Part shown: in pieces, positions 6,701 to 6,722 of the stretch | Layout: each line of letters begins with the position of its first letter | Numbering within the stretch: position 1 is the first letter of the stretch | DNA from: Octopus sinensis | Taxonomy: Eukaryota | Length of the DNA: 6,722 nt | Direction: 5' to 3' | Assembly: GCF_006345805.1 (NCBI RefSeq) | Contig: NW_021829279.1 | Span: 1 to 6,722, forward strand | Made by a program: the position numbers and the translations under genes | The notes under the pieces: model-generated | Database searches by the model: none | Seen by the model: the letters and a program-made list of their open reading frames with translations, nothing else | What the model was told of the DNA's origin: nothing

Positions 6701-6722
6701 TAATGTCACATGTTTTTATAGA

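Overview
AT-rich, microsatellite-saturated eukaryotic non-coding DNA. It is most likely intronic or intergenic sequence of a coleoid cephalopod (Octopus-like), judged from the SINE types and compound TA/TG/GATA arrays, which I recognise from memory rather than by search. None of the supplied ORFs is a credible intact gene. The window is a mosaic of mobile-element relics. (i) Two different, decayed, back-to-back Penelope-like retroelement (PLE) 3' fragments encoding GIY-YIG endonucleases (1612-2090 minus; ~2655-3183 plus), visible only by translating across stops and frameshifts. (ii) A 369-bp foldback (6100-6468) whose two arms each carry a minimal type-I hammerhead ribozyme with an unusually long stem II. 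(iii) Two further foldbacks (82-154, 4239-4486). (iv) A Helitron-type 3' end (298-326). (v) Two tRNA-derived SINEs (~4715-4900, ~6482-6700). A possible 31-nt host exon lies on the minus strand at 5235-5265.
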